From: Opitutales bacterium | Lineage (GTDB): Bacteria; Verrucomicrobiota; Verrucomicrobiia; Opitutales; PNEW01 | NCBI GenBank assembly: GCA_965197745.1 | Contig: CBDANS010000006.1 | Coordinates: 1,440,001 to 1,504,000, forward strand | DNA: 64,000 bases | Direction: 5' to 3' | Shown here: positions 39,624 through 50,144 of the stretch, in pieces | How positions within the stretch are numbered: position 1 is the first letter of the stretch | Layout: each line of letters starts with the position of its first letter | Program-made: the position numbers and the translations under genes | Notes under the pieces: generated by a model | Seen by the model: only the letters and a program-made list of their open reading frames with translations | The model's database searches: none | What the model was told of the DNA's origin: nothing

Positions 39624-40529
39624 ATGGAATATCGTTCTATACCCGATACCGAGATTGAAGTCTCGACCCTCTGCCTCGGAACCATGACTTTCGGAGACCC
39701 GGTGAAAGAAAAGGAAGCTATCCACATCGTGGACTGGGCCCTGGATCACGGGGTAAACTTTATCGATACCGCGGACATGTATGAGGGCTACACGCGCACC
39801 ATGGGTTCTCCGGGCGGGGTCACCGAAGAAATACTCGGAAAAGCCTTAAAAGGTAAACGCGACCAAGCCATCGTGACAACAAAAGTAGGTAACCCGATTG
39901 GAGATGACTCTTACCAGGGAACAGGTCTCAGCCGCAGTCACATTATGCATCAGATCGACGCGAGTCTGACGCGTATGCAGACCGATTATACGGACTTCTA
40001 CCACTTGCACCGACCGGATCCGGATACTCCGCTGGAAGAATCAATCGCCACGATGGTGGATCTTATAAAAGCGGGTAAAGTACGCTATTGGGGGTTCTCA
40101 AATTTTGAAGTTGGGCAGATCCGTGAAATGCTTCAACTCTGCGAGACTAATAGCTGGCCGCGCCCCGTGATCAGTCAACCGAACTACAGTTGGTTGAATC
40201 GGAAGGTGGAAGAAGAGCATTTACCACTCTGTAAGCAAGAAGCCATAGCTGTGACCCCTTTTAAAGTCCTGGAAGGCGGATTGCTCACCGGTAAGTACCG
40301 TAAGGGGCAAGAAGCGCCCGAAGACAGTCGTAATAGTGAAAATCCGGGGTGGATAGCATTTGAAATGGACGATGATTTATTTACAGATCTGGATAATTTT
40401 GAAAGTGAAGCGAAGGGGAAATCCCGCAGTCCGGCACAGCACGCTGTCAACTGGGTATTGGAGCAGGATGGAATCGCTTCAGTAGTGCTCGGATTAAAGC
40501 GCACTGATCAGCTTGCTGATTTGCTTTAA
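39624..40529 (+). CDS. Aldo/keto reductase
   Basis: LGTMTFG, DTADMY, LHRPD, GKVRYWGFSN, GGLLTGKY. Confidence 0.93.
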   Translation: MEYRSIPDTEIEVSTLCLGTMTFGDPVKEKEAIHIVDWALDHGVNFIDTADMYEGYTRTMGSPGGVTEEILGKALKGKRDQAIVTTKVGNPIGDDSYQGTGLSRSHIMHQIDASLTRMQTDYTDFYHLHRPDPDTPLEESIATMVDLIKAGKVRYWGFSNFEVGQIREMLQLCETNSWPRPVISQPNYSWLNRKVEEEHLPLCKQEAIAVTPFKVLEGGLLTGKYRKGQEAPEDSRNSENPGWIAFEMDDDLFTDLDNFESEAKGKSRSPAQHAVNWVLEQDGIASVVLGLKRTDQLADLL

Positions 40530-40581
40530 AAAACGCATCTCATTGCCATTGACTGCAATCGTGTTTTCTGCACAATATAAA

Positions 40582-41406
40582 ATGATGCTGACAAAGGGAC
40601 AGATAGCTCATTTCGAATCATTCGGGTTTCTCGTCATGCGGCAGGTATTTTCGCCTGAGGAGATGAAATCGTACATTGAGGCAGCCGAGGAAATCTGGGC
40701 TGTTGATGAAGGAATGTCAGTCGGTAGCGGCGAGAACAATGGGGCTAATTCGGTTAGAGCGATTGTCGAAAAGCATCCCATACTGACATCGCTGGCGGGA
40801 GATGACCGTATCTATTTAACTCTTGAAAAAATACTGGGACCGGGATTCATTTGGGCATTTTCAGAAGGCCAGCGAGGGCGCATCAGCACCTCCTGGCATA
40901 ATGACCGTCCGGGTAAAAATCAGAATAAATATACCCGCATCAAAGTTCACCTTTACCTCGAACCAACGACGAAAGAGACCGGCGCCTTGCGCGTCATCCC
41001 CGGTTCTCATCGTTCCCCCTATCATGAATCTCTCGAGCCGCTCATGAATCGCCATATGCGAAAAAATGATGCAATGAATGGCGAAAAAGATGGGGCAGGA
41101 AATCTTCAAAACTTGCCCTTCGGTGTAGAGGGTCCAGACATACCCTGCTATGCTTTCGAATCCAATCCCGGTGATGTCATTTTTTTTCATCAGAATATAT
41201 TCCATGCCGTTTATGGCGGACTGGGAGAGGGGCGCAGGTATATTGCCATGAAATTCGCAGCGAAGCCGACGACCGATGAACACATCCGTTTAATTAAGGA
41301 ACATACAGAATATGTATTCCATCCCCATGAGGCTTTTCTGAACAGTGACCGTCCGCGTATCCGGGGGATGGTCGAAAACCTGGAAGCATTAGGGGCTAGT
41401 GTTTAA
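40582..41406 (+). CDS. PhyH-family dioxygenase, copy 2 (clade D)
   Basis: SEGQ, WHNDRPG, VIPGSH, FHAV, RRYIAMKFAAKP; start reassigned to 40582. Confidence 0.9.
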   Translation: MMLTKGQIAHFESFGFLVMRQVFSPEEMKSYIEAAEEIWAVDEGMSVGSGENNGANSVRAIVEKHPILTSLAGDDRIYLTLEKILGPGFIWAFSEGQRGRISTSWHNDRPGKNQNKYTRIKVHLYLEPTTKETGALRVIPGSHRSPYHESLEPLMNRHMRKNDAMNGEKDGAGNLQNLPFGVEGPDIPCYAFESNPGDVIFFHQNIFHAVYGGLGEGRRYIAMKFAAKPTTDEHIRLIKEHTEYVFHPHEAFLNSDRPRIRGMVENLEALGASV

Positions 41407-41549
41407 GACTAAATATTAATTATTCAGTTGCCAAATCACGCAAATAATCGAGACAAGATATGCATGGATTTTGTGAAGGTATGCGTAATAATTATACTTC
41501 GAAAAACAACAGGATTCCATTTTAATAGATAAAATAAAAAAGGTCATAT

Positions 41550-42371
41550 ATGTTAACGGAGCAACAGGTCTATCAATTTCACACCTTCGGTTTTCTTATT
41601 CTACGGAATATAATAACGGAAGAAGAACATAAGATTGTCAGTGAGGAAGTAGAAAAAGGTTACGCGAGGAAAGATAAAAGTGAATTCATAGGAAAAGAAC
41701 GTCTACAGTTGAACTGGACCAACCTTGTCCCTCACTGCCCATTCTTAACCTCATTGCTTGAAAACCAGCGGTTTTACGGAGTTGCGCAACAGCTCCTGGG
41801 AGAAGATGCCGTTGGATTTGACACTACATCCAACATTATGAAAGGAGACCGGACGACCTGGCATCCGGATGCCCCTGCCAATTTACAGGGATTAAAATTT
41901 ACCTTTTACCTCGACCCGCTCGACGGAGAGTCGGGCGCGCTTCGTATCATACCCGGATCCCATCAGGCCGGATTCAGTGATGCCATAAAGGAAGTTCGCT
42001 TAAAGGACAACAATCCCGGTCCCCCTGAAGATCCCGGACTCGCCATTACCGAGGTGCCCTGCCACATATGTGAGACCGGTCCCCGTGATGCCGTTATTAT
42101 GAACTATCTTAACTGGCATGCCAGTTGGCACGGTTCACCACGTCGCAGAATGGTTACCCTGAAATATTATAAAAACCCCAAAAGTCATGATGAAACCGAA
42201 GCACTACGCAAATTTTTAATCGGGGCAGTAGAGGACAGGAAAAAAAATAAAATGTCCATTCACCGTACCTATTCGGAATTCTGGCTTTCTAATCCTGAGA
42301 ACAGTCCGGTTCGCGCGCGCTGGATAGAGTGGTTGCAGAAATGGGGATTAATTGATACAATTGCAGCTTAG
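41550..42371 (+). CDS. PhyH-family dioxygenase, copy 3 (clade A)
   Basis: WHPD, IIPGSH, WHASW, RRM; C-terminal WLxNP...RARWIEWL. Confidence 0.92.
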   Translation: MLTEQQVYQFHTFGFLILRNIITEEEHKIVSEEVEKGYARKDKSEFIGKERLQLNWTNLVPHCPFLTSLLENQRFYGVAQQLLGEDAVGFDTTSNIMKGDRTTWHPDAPANLQGLKFTFYLDPLDGESGALRIIPGSHQAGFSDAIKEVRLKDNNPGPPEDPGLAITEVPCHICETGPRDAVIMNYLNWHASWHGSPRRRMVTLKYYKNPKSHDETEALRKFLIGAVEDRKKNKMSIHRTYSEFWLSNPENSPVRARWIEWLQKWGLIDTIAA

Positions 42372-42405
42372 AGCCAAAATTTTTATTAGTATAGGACGAA
42401 TACCC

Positions 42406-43275
42406 ATGATAACACAGAAACAGATCGATCAATATCATACCTTCGGTTGCCTCATTCTAAGGAATGTTCTCAGTGCAAAAGATATTGATAATCTGAATGC
42501 TGAATTTGAAGCCAAATTAGAGACAACCTTTCGTGGGAAAGCAAACGGGGGAAAGCCAATTCACTGCAGTTGGCCTAATTTAGGTCCGAGTACCCCTTTT
42601 ACCGCTTCCCTCTTGGAAGATCCACGGATTTACGGGGTCCCGGAAGCATTATTTGACGATCAAGTTTACGGAGTATCCTGTAATGCCACCAGTTTTATAG
42701 AAGATACCCCCTGGCATCCCGACTCGGATCATTTTCATCTGCACGGAATTAAAGTTGTCATTTATTTAGAGCCACTCAATGGTGATAACGGCGCCTTGCG
42801 TGTCATTCCCGGATCCCATCTGAATCCCTATCATGACGAATTACATGAGATCGGTATGTTAGCCGATTTTGGTAATCTCCCCCTGCCGAGCAGTCCCTAT
42901 CTAATTGAGTGTGGCCTCGGAATTAAAGATGTCCCCGCACTCATCTGCAGTGTAACCCCGGGTGATGTCATTGTCTTTAATTTTCGCATATGGCATGCCA
43001 GTACCGGGGGTAAATTTGACCGGCGCTTTATCTCGAATATGTTTATCAAGGATCCCGTTTCTCCCGATGAAAAAAAAGCGGTATCTGAGCTTGTCGAAAT
43101 TACAAAAAAAAACCGGGATAGACGTGCCAGGGATACATTTCCCAACCGGGGACCCGAGTACCATCCTGAATGGTTGTCCAATCCGGATAAAAATCATAAG
43201 CGTCAAAGAAACATCGATTGGATGCTGAAGAGGGGATACTTTGAAGTCGATGAAACGACATTGGCTAAATCCTGA
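42406..43275 (+). CDS. PhyH-family dioxygenase, copy 4 (clade B)
   Basis: WHPD, VIPGSH, WHAS, DRR; start reassigned to MITQKQ. Confidence 0.92.
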   Translation: MITQKQIDQYHTFGCLILRNVLSAKDIDNLNAEFEAKLETTFRGKANGGKPIHCSWPNLGPSTPFTASLLEDPRIYGVPEALFDDQVYGVSCNATSFIEDTPWHPDSDHFHLHGIKVVIYLEPLNGDNGALRVIPGSHLNPYHDELHEIGMLADFGNLPLPSSPYLIECGLGIKDVPALICSVTPGDVIVFNFRIWHASTGGKFDRRFISNMFIKDPVSPDEKKAVSELVEITKKNRDRRARDTFPNRGPEYHPEWLSNPDKNHKRQRNIDWMLKRGYFEVDETTLAKS

Positions 43276-43288
43276 AGATCAATAATTC

Positions 43289-44167
43289 ATGCTTAGCGAA
43301 CAACAGATACACCAATTCCATACCTTCGGATATCTTCTATTAAGGGATGTTTTCAGTGTGGATGAAGTCCAGAAATTAAACACAGAATTTGACGCTAAAT
43401 TAACAACCACTTCCGGGGGGAAATCGAAGGGTAAGAAATCGGAGCGTATGAGCTGGTCCAGCCTGGGCCCGGATACACCATTTACCTCATCCCTGATAGA
43501 GGATTCACGGATAACCAGTATTGTGGATTCATTATTCGCTCATGAATATTTCGGGATTTCCTGCAATGCCTCAAGTCTTGTCGGTGAAACAAACTGGCAC
43601 CCCGATGCTGACAATCAAAATATGCACGGGTTAAAGGTGGTTTCCTATTTGCAGTCACTTAATGGCGAAAGTGGCGCTTTGCGCGTTATTCCCGGATCAC
43701 ACCTTAACTCTTTTCACGACGATATTAAGAAGATCGAAATGCATGAACCTGAACATGACGGTCTCACGCAAACCGCCACCGTGACTGACTCCGGCCTCGG
43801 TCTGGAAATAGATGAAGTTCCAGCCTGCGCCTGTACCGTTAATCCGGGTGACCTCGTAGTCTTTGACTTTCGGATATGGCATGCCAGTTCCGGAGGGTCG
43901 GATGATCGCCGCATGATATCGATGATTTTTATTAAGGATGCCGATACCCCTGAAGAAAACGAAGCGATTGACGAAATTGTTCTTAAATCGCGCAGGAACC
44001 GGGCTCATCGCGCAAAAGCCGCCTTTGGAAAAAAGGGTTCGGAATACCACCCGGATTGGGTCGCTAATCCCGATAATAACCCGAGACGTCAGCGCTGGAT
44101 TGATTGGCTGCGGGAGAAAGGTTATTTCGAAGCATATGATGCGTCATTAATAGCATTTAATAATTAA
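43289..44167 (+). CDS. PhyH-family dioxygenase, copy 5 (clade B)
   Basis: WHPD, VIPGSH, WHAS, DRR. Confidence 0.92.
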   Translation: MLSEQQIHQFHTFGYLLLRDVFSVDEVQKLNTEFDAKLTTTSGGKSKGKKSERMSWSSLGPDTPFTSSLIEDSRITSIVDSLFAHEYFGISCNASSLVGETNWHPDADNQNMHGLKVVSYLQSLNGESGALRVIPGSHLNSFHDDIKKIEMHEPEHDGLTQTATVTDSGLGLEIDEVPACACTVNPGDLVVFDFRIWHASSGGSDDRRMISMIFIKDADTPEENEAIDEIVLKSRRNRAHRAKAAFGKKGSEYHPDWVANPDNNPRRQRWIDWLREKGYFEAYDASLIAFNN

Positions 44168-44178
44168 AAATATTAATT

Positions 44179-44997
44179 ATGCTGACCGAACAACAGATAC
44201 ACCAATTCCATACCTTCGGGTTCATCGTCTTAAAGAATATGTTAAGTGAGGACGAGCTTAAAATCGTCAATGAGGAATTCGAAAAGGGCTACGCCAAAAA
44301 AAATAAAAGTGAATTAATCGCCGGCGCGCGTGTTCAGCTGAACTGGTCGAACCTCGAACCTCACAGCCCCTTCACTGCTTCGCTGTTAGAGAATAAACGG
44401 TTTTACGGAATCGCGCAACAGCTCTTTGGAGAAGATGCAGTTGGCACTAATTCCCAATCCAATCATTACGCCGGTAATCGGAGCCCCTGGCACCCGGATG
44501 TGGGCCCTAATACTCACGGGTTCAAATTTACCTTTTATCTCTCACCGGTGGACGCCGATTCGGGAGCGCTGAGGGTCATTCCCGGTTCACACCGTCCGGA
44601 ATTCAGCGACATGATCAAAAAAGTACGATTAAAGGACAATGATCCTGGGCCACCTGAAGATCCGGGACTCGCGGTAAATGAAGTGCCCTTTTGTTCCTGC
44701 GACTCTCAACCGGGGGACGCGGTATTATTCAACTATTTAATCTGGCACAGCAGCTGGCATGGCTCCGATAACCGGCGCATGGTATCTCTGCAGTATTACA
44801 AGAACCCAAAGACGCCGGAAGAAATTGAGGCAGCGCGAAATACGGCAAAACATATTCGAGAACACCGGAAAGATAAATTGACGATTGACCGGGAGTACCC
44901 GGATTTTTGGGTTTCCAATCCGGAGAACAATCCCCTGCGCGCGCGCTGGATAGAGTGGCTGCGTGAATGGGGCTATATTGAATCCATTCCCGCTTAA
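44179..44997 (+). CDS. PhyH-family dioxygenase, copy 6 (clade A)
   Basis: WHPD, VIPGSH, WHSSW, NRR. Confidence 0.92.
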   Translation: MLTEQQIHQFHTFGFIVLKNMLSEDELKIVNEEFEKGYAKKNKSELIAGARVQLNWSNLEPHSPFTASLLENKRFYGIAQQLFGEDAVGTNSQSNHYAGNRSPWHPDVGPNTHGFKFTFYLSPVDADSGALRVIPGSHRPEFSDMIKKVRLKDNDPGPPEDPGLAVNEVPFCSCDSQPGDAVLFNYLIWHSSWHGSDNRRMVSLQYYKNPKTPEEIEAARNTAKHIREHRKDKLTIDREYPDFWVSNPENNPLRARWIEWLREWGYIESIPA

Positions 44998-45017
44998 TAA
45001 AATAAATTTAATATACG

Positions 45018-45836
45018 ATGCTAACCGAACAACAGATACACCAATTCCATACCTTCGGGTTCCTCGTCTTAAAGAACATTTTAAACGAGGACGAACTAAA
45101 GATCATCAATGAGGAATTCGAAAAGGGCTTGGCAAAAAAAGACAAAAGTGAATTAATCGCCGGCGCGCGCGTGCAGTTGAACTGGTCTAACCTGGAGTCT
45201 CAAAGTCCCTATACGGCCTCACTGTTGGAAGATAAGCGAATTCATAGGGTCGCGCAGCAGCTCTGGGGAGAAGATGTAATAGGAAAAAACTCACAGGCCA
45301 ACCATTACGCCGGTAACCGCAGTCCCTGGCACCCGGATGTTGGCCCTGATATACACGGGTGTAAATTCGTTTTTTATCTCTCACCTGTAGACGCCGATTC
45401 GGGAGCACTAAGGGTCATCCCCGGTTCACATCGTCCGGAGTTCAGCGATAGGATCAAAAAAGTACGATTAAAGGACAATGATCCCGGACCGCCTGAAGAC
45501 CCGGGCCTTGCGGTTAACGAAATTCCCTTTTGTTCCTGCGATTCTCAACCGGGTGACGCGGTACTGTTCAACTATTTGCTCTGGCATGCCAGCTGGCATG
45601 GTTCCGATAACCGGCGCATGGTATCCTTACAGTATTGGAAAAATCCCAAGACTCCTGAAGAAAAAGAAGCGATGGCAGCAATGGCGAGCGGTTTTGTGAA
45701 GAGAAGTCATGATAAATTATCCGTTGTTCAACCTTATCCGGATTTCTGGCTTTCCAATCCGGATAATAGTCCCCTGCGCGCGCGCTGGATAGAGTGGCTT
45801 AATGAATGGGGATTTATTGAATCCATGCCCGTCTAA
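45018..45836 (+). CDS. PhyH-family dioxygenase, copy 7 (clade A, recent duplicate of copy 6)
   Basis: Same length (272 aa) and long identical blocks with copy 6; WHPD, WHASW. Confidence 0.92.
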   Translation: MLTEQQIHQFHTFGFLVLKNILNEDELKIINEEFEKGLAKKDKSELIAGARVQLNWSNLESQSPYTASLLEDKRIHRVAQQLWGEDVIGKNSQANHYAGNRSPWHPDVGPDIHGCKFVFYLSPVDADSGALRVIPGSHRPEFSDRIKKVRLKDNDPGPPEDPGLAVNEIPFCSCDSQPGDAVLFNYLLWHASWHGSDNRRMVSLQYWKNPKTPEEKEAMAAMASGFVKRSHDKLSVVQPYPDFWLSNPDNSPLRARWIEWLNEWGFIESMPV

Positions 45837-45867
45837 ATTTACACGAATAATAGAGTGAAGATCGCCG

Positions 45868-46653
45868 ATGCTTACCGAGCAGCAAGTCACGTTTTTTAAT
45901 ACCTTCGGGTTCATTGTCCTGAGGAAAGTGTTTTCTGAAGGGGAGCTCACGATAATGAATGATGAGTTTGACTCCTTATTAAAAATTATCCAGCGCGAGA
46001 GACCTGACGGCGAACTGCCTAAACATTTTAACTGGTCTAACCTTGGCCCGGAGACGCCATACCTCAGCGCGCTGCCGGAAGATCCGCGCATTTGTGAAAC
46101 AGCAGAACAGCTATTTGGAGAAGACACGGTTGCCGTGTCATCGAACAGCAACCGCAGGGTGGGAGACACACGCTGGCATACGGATCAATCGCACCCCCAT
46201 TCTCATGGAATGAAATTTGCCGCTTATTTGCAACCCCTCGAAGCCAGTAATGGCGCCTTTCGTGTCATTCCGGGATCCCATAAACAACCTTTTAATGATA
46301 ATCTTAAGCATATAAAAATGGATAGTCCGGAGATCTCAGTACCCTCTTATTCCTGTGATTCAGCTCAAGGTGATATCGTCCTTTTCAACTTTGCCCTGTG
46401 GCATTCCAGTTGGGGCGGGTCCTCCGATCGCCGCGCGTGCACCGTGGATTTCTATAAGAATCCTCATACCACGGAAGAAGTAGAGGGCACCTATGACCAG
46501 GTAAAAGTCGACGAACAGGTTTACGCGAAAGTCCGCACCTACGGTCCAGGTTTCCATCCGCACTGGTTAGCCAATCCTCAAAACAGTCCCCGGCGACAGC
46601 GCTGGATTGACTGGCTGCGGAAATACGGATTTGTCAAATCAGAAGCGGCCTGA
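45868..46653 (+). CDS. PhyH-family dioxygenase, copy 8
   Basis: WHTD, VIPGSH, WHSSWGG, DRR. Confidence 0.92.
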   Translation: MLTEQQVTFFNTFGFIVLRKVFSEGELTIMNDEFDSLLKIIQRERPDGELPKHFNWSNLGPETPYLSALPEDPRICETAEQLFGEDTVAVSSNSNRRVGDTRWHTDQSHPHSHGMKFAAYLQPLEASNGAFRVIPGSHKQPFNDNLKHIKMDSPEISVPSYSCDSAQGDIVLFNFALWHSSWGGSSDRRACTVDFYKNPHTTEEVEGTYDQVKVDEQVYAKVRTYGPGFHPHWLANPQNSPRRQRWIDWLRKYGFVKSEAA

Positions 46654-46687
46654 ATATATCTAATCAATAATAGAAGGGGTAAAAGTT

Positions 46688-47518
46688 ATGATCACTGAAC
46701 AGCAGGTATATTTTTTTAAAACTTTCGGATTTCTCGTCCTGAAAAATGTATTAACAGCGGATGAATTGAAAATAATAAATGAAGAGTTTGCGGTGGGGTT
46801 GGCTAAAATGGATGAAAGCAAAATGGGCGCTTCCGTGAGGAAGCAGTACAATTGGACTAATCTCGGACCTGATTCACCTTTCACCGCCTCTTTGCTTGAG
46901 GATGAACGGTTCTATGGGGTAGCGCAGAAGATTTTGGGGGATGACTGTGTGGGTGTTGATTCTCATGCCAATCAATATAACGGAAATCGCAGTCCCTGGC
47001 ATCCCGATATAAGGGAACCAGGGCCGGACCAATTCAGTGGTTTTAAATTTACATTTTACCTGGCCCCCGTTGATGGCAACTCGGGTGCCCTCAGGGTTAT
47101 ACCCGGTTCACATCGACCCGGGTTCAGTGCGGAAGTCAACAAGGTCTACATGAAAGATAATAATCCCGGACCGGACGATGATCCTGGCCTGGCTGTAAAC
47201 GAAACCCCCGCCCACGTCTGCGTGTCCGAACCCGGGGACGCGGTAATTTTTGATTATTATGTCTGGCACTCCAGCTGGGGTGGCTCGACAGATCGCCGGA
47301 TGGTATCTTTACAGTATTACAAGAATCCAAAGACTCCGAAGGAAGAGGAAGGTATGCGCCAGATGGTCGACTTTCGGAAAAATTTTAATAAAGGCTTTAA
47401 GCGTGAAACAAAACTATACCCCGATTTCTGGCTTTCAAATCCTCAAAATAATGCTATGCGTTGTCAATGGATAGAATGGCTTCATAAGTGGGGTTTTATC
47501 GATCCTGTTAATGCCTGA
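46688..47518 (+). CDS. PhyH-family dioxygenase, copy 9 (clade A)
   Basis: WHPD, KDNNPGP.DDPGLA, WHSSW. Confidence 0.92.
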   Translation: MITEQQVYFFKTFGFLVLKNVLTADELKIINEEFAVGLAKMDESKMGASVRKQYNWTNLGPDSPFTASLLEDERFYGVAQKILGDDCVGVDSHANQYNGNRSPWHPDIREPGPDQFSGFKFTFYLAPVDGNSGALRVIPGSHRPGFSAEVNKVYMKDNNPGPDDDPGLAVNETPAHVCVSEPGDAVIFDYYVWHSSWGGSTDRRMVSLQYYKNPKTPKEEEGMRQMVDFRKNFNKGFKRETKLYPDFWLSNPQNNAMRCQWIEWLHKWGFIDPVNA

Positions 47519-47541
47519 TAATGAAAATTAATCTGTAAAAT

Positions 47542-48405
47542 ATGATCGCTGAAAACTACAGCCTCACCGAAAAGCAAATCCTGCATTTTGAAACCTTCGG
47601 ATTCCTGGTTCGCAGAAAAGTTTTTAGTGCCGAGGAAATGGCGAAAGTGAACGATGAATTCGATCGCCGCCGGGCTTCCATTCTGGCCGAAATCGACCCT
47701 GAAGAAAAACGGACTTTCACTCAATGGCCTACCCGAAATCCGGAAAATCCTTTTACAGCCAGCTTGCTCGATGACCCGCGTATTTATGTGCCCTCTGAAC
47801 AACTGGTAGGTGAAGACTCCATTCCCGTCCAATCTCACTGCAATAGTTATGGGTTAAGTAGTGGATGGCATGTGGATACTTATGATCGTCGTTTATGTGT
47901 TATCAAAAACATCATGTATCTTCAACCGACATCTGCCGATCGTGGGGCCTTGCGGGTTATCCCCGGTTCGCATAGAAGTCCGTTATCGGAAGACCTGCGC
48001 AGTATGGGTTTGTATGGTTTCCATGAAGACTCGTCGCCGTTTTTAAAAGCATCCGGTATGCGCGGAGAAGATATACCCGGTTACATTTTTGAGTCGGAGC
48101 CTGGCGATATCATTATATTTAACGAGTTAACCTGGCATGCGGCTTTTGGCGGTTATAAAGACCGCCGTACCTGCTCCTTTAACTTTTTCACCAACCCAAA
48201 GACAGACAGTGAAATTGAGACGATGAAAAAAATAGTGGAACACACCCCTGCAAACACAAAGGGTTTGGGTACCGTAGGATTGGAATACGATCCCACCTGG
48301 TTGGAAAATGCCGACAACAATCCGCGCCGCGAGCGCTGGATTAATTGGTTGGAAGAATGGGGCTTTGTGGATGCTTTTAATAATTTAAATCTAAAAAAAA
48401 TCTAG
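47542..48405 (+). CDS. PhyH-family dioxygenase, copy 10 (clade C)
   Basis: WHVD, VIPGSH, WHAAFGGYKDRR. Confidence 0.92.
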   Translation: MIAENYSLTEKQILHFETFGFLVRRKVFSAEEMAKVNDEFDRRRASILAEIDPEEKRTFTQWPTRNPENPFTASLLDDPRIYVPSEQLVGEDSIPVQSHCNSYGLSSGWHVDTYDRRLCVIKNIMYLQPTSADRGALRVIPGSHRSPLSEDLRSMGLYGFHEDSSPFLKASGMRGEDIPGYIFESEPGDIIIFNELTWHAAFGGYKDRRTCSFNFFTNPKTDSEIETMKKIVEHTPANTKGLGTVGLEYDPTWLENADNNPRRERWINWLEEWGFVDAFNNLNLKKI

Positions 48406-48416
48406 ACTAGAATATC

Positions 48417-49310
48417 ATGATACAGAATAACTATAGAATTAGTGATCAGGAGATCGCGCTCTTTAAATCATTCGGATTTTTAGTCAGGAGAAATGTGTTT
48501 ACGCCCGAAGAAATGGCAAAAGTAAACGAGGAGTTCGACCGTCGCCGTGCGTCGGTGGTCGCGGAAATTGATCCGAAAGAAGAACGGATTTTTACCCAGT
48601 GGCCGACCCGAAACCCGGAGTCGCCCTTTACGGCCAACCTGCTGGAAGACCCGCGTATTTACGTGCCCATGGAACAACTGACAGGTGAAGATTCAGTTCT
48701 CTTTCAATCCAACTGTAATAGTTATTCCTGGGACGAACAAAACTGGCATTGTGATACCGGAGTCACGGAAATAGATATGATCAAGAATGTCATGTACCTT
48801 CAGCCAACAACCGCTGACAACGGTGCTTTACGTTTTTTACCCGGGTCACACAGAAATCCATTGCGTGAAGAACTTTTTAACATGCAGTTGGCAAAACCAC
48901 GCGGTGAAATAGGTATATTTTATGAAGCATCCGGTCTGCGCGGTGAAGATATACCCTGCTTTATTTTTGAATCACAACCGGGTGATATCGTTGCTTTTAA
49001 CGAGTTAACCTGGCATGCCGCTTTTGGTGGCTTTAAAGATCGTCGCTCCTGCACCTTTAATTTTATTCAGCACCCGAAAACACCTGAGCAGAGAACAGGC
49101 GTGCAGAATATGGTAGTGGGAGCTGCTCACAGCGTAGAGGCCCAGGGAACGGTGGGCTTGCAGTATCATCCCACGTGGTTGGAAAATCCTGATAACAGTC
49201 CGCGGCGAGCACGCTGGATTAAAAATTTAAATGAATGGGGTTTTATCGAGGCTTATAATAATGGAACTTACACAGAAAAAAATGATACAGGAAAATTACA
49301 GCCTAACTGA
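48417..49310 (+). CDS. PhyH-family dioxygenase, copy 11 (clade C, extended C-terminus)
   Basis: WHCD, FLPGSH, WHAAFGG; overlaps the next gene by 29 nt. Confidence 0.92.
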   Translation: MIQNNYRISDQEIALFKSFGFLVRRNVFTPEEMAKVNEEFDRRRASVVAEIDPKEERIFTQWPTRNPESPFTANLLEDPRIYVPMEQLTGEDSVLFQSNCNSYSWDEQNWHCDTGVTEIDMIKNVMYLQPTTADNGALRFLPGSHRNPLREELFNMQLAKPRGEIGIFYEASGLRGEDIPCFIFESQPGDIVAFNELTWHAAFGGFKDRRSCTFNFIQHPKTPEQRTGVQNMVVGAAHSVEAQGTVGLQYHPTWLENPDNSPRRARWIKNLNEWGFIEAYNNGTYTEKNDTGKLQPN

Positions 49311-50127
49311 AGCGCAGATTCAGCATTATGAAGTATTTGGTTTTTTGGTAAGGCGAAACGTCTTCAGTGCTGAAGAGGTGACGAGAATGAATGAAGAATT
49401 CGATCGTCGCCTTGCAATCATCCTTGAGGAAACCGATCCAGAAGGGAAACGGATTTTCAACAACTGGCCTAACCGGACTCCGGATACCCCTTTTATTGCA
49501 AGTTTGCTTGATGATCCGCGTATTTATCAACACTCCGAACAACTAATCGGTGAAGACTCTGTTCCCGTCCATTCTAACGCCAACAGCTATGGTAAAGATA
49601 GTGGATGGCATCCGGACAGGACCGATCATAGTATTTGCACCATTAAAAATGTCATGTATCTGCAAAAGACAACCGCGGAACGCGGTGCCTTACGCGTTAT
49701 TCCCGGGTCGCACCAAAATCCATTGCATGAAGATCTTCTCCACATTGGATTGAAGGGGTTCAATGAAGACGAAGCTCAGTTTTTGAAAGGATCCAGTCTG
49801 CGCGGTGAAGATATTCCCTGCTATATATTTGAATCAAATCCGGGTGATGTCATTACTTTTAACGAGTGGACCTGGCACGCGGCTTTTGGCGGTTATAAAG
49901 ATCGCCGTACCTGCACCTTTAATTTTTATCGTAACCCGAAAGCACCCGATGAAATTGCATCGATGCAATTGGAAGTAAAAAACTATGCTGAAGAGACTAA
50001 AAACTTAGGGACGGTGGGCTTACAATTTCACCCTTGGTGGTTGGAAAATCCAGACCACAATCCGCGCCGTGAGCGCTGGATCAATTGGTTAAAAGAATGG
50101 GGTTTCGTCGAAGCTCAATATAAATAA
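49282..50127 (+). CDS. PhyH-family dioxygenase, copy 12 (clade C)
   Basis: Start reassigned to MIQENYSL; WHPD, WHAAFGG. Confidence 0.92.
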   Translation: MIQENYSLTEAQIQHYEVFGFLVRRNVFSAEEVTRMNEEFDRRLAIILEETDPEGKRIFNNWPNRTPDTPFIASLLDDPRIYQHSEQLIGEDSVPVHSNANSYGKDSGWHPDRTDHSICTIKNVMYLQKTTAERGALRVIPGSHQNPLHEDLLHIGLKGFNEDEAQFLKGSSLRGEDIPCYIFESNPGDVITFNEWTWHAAFGGYKDRRTCTFNFYRNPKAPDEIASMQLEVKNYAEETKNLGTVGLQFHPWWLENPDHNPRRERWINWLKEWGFVEAQYK

Positions 50128-50144
50128 CTTCGATTTTGAATTAA

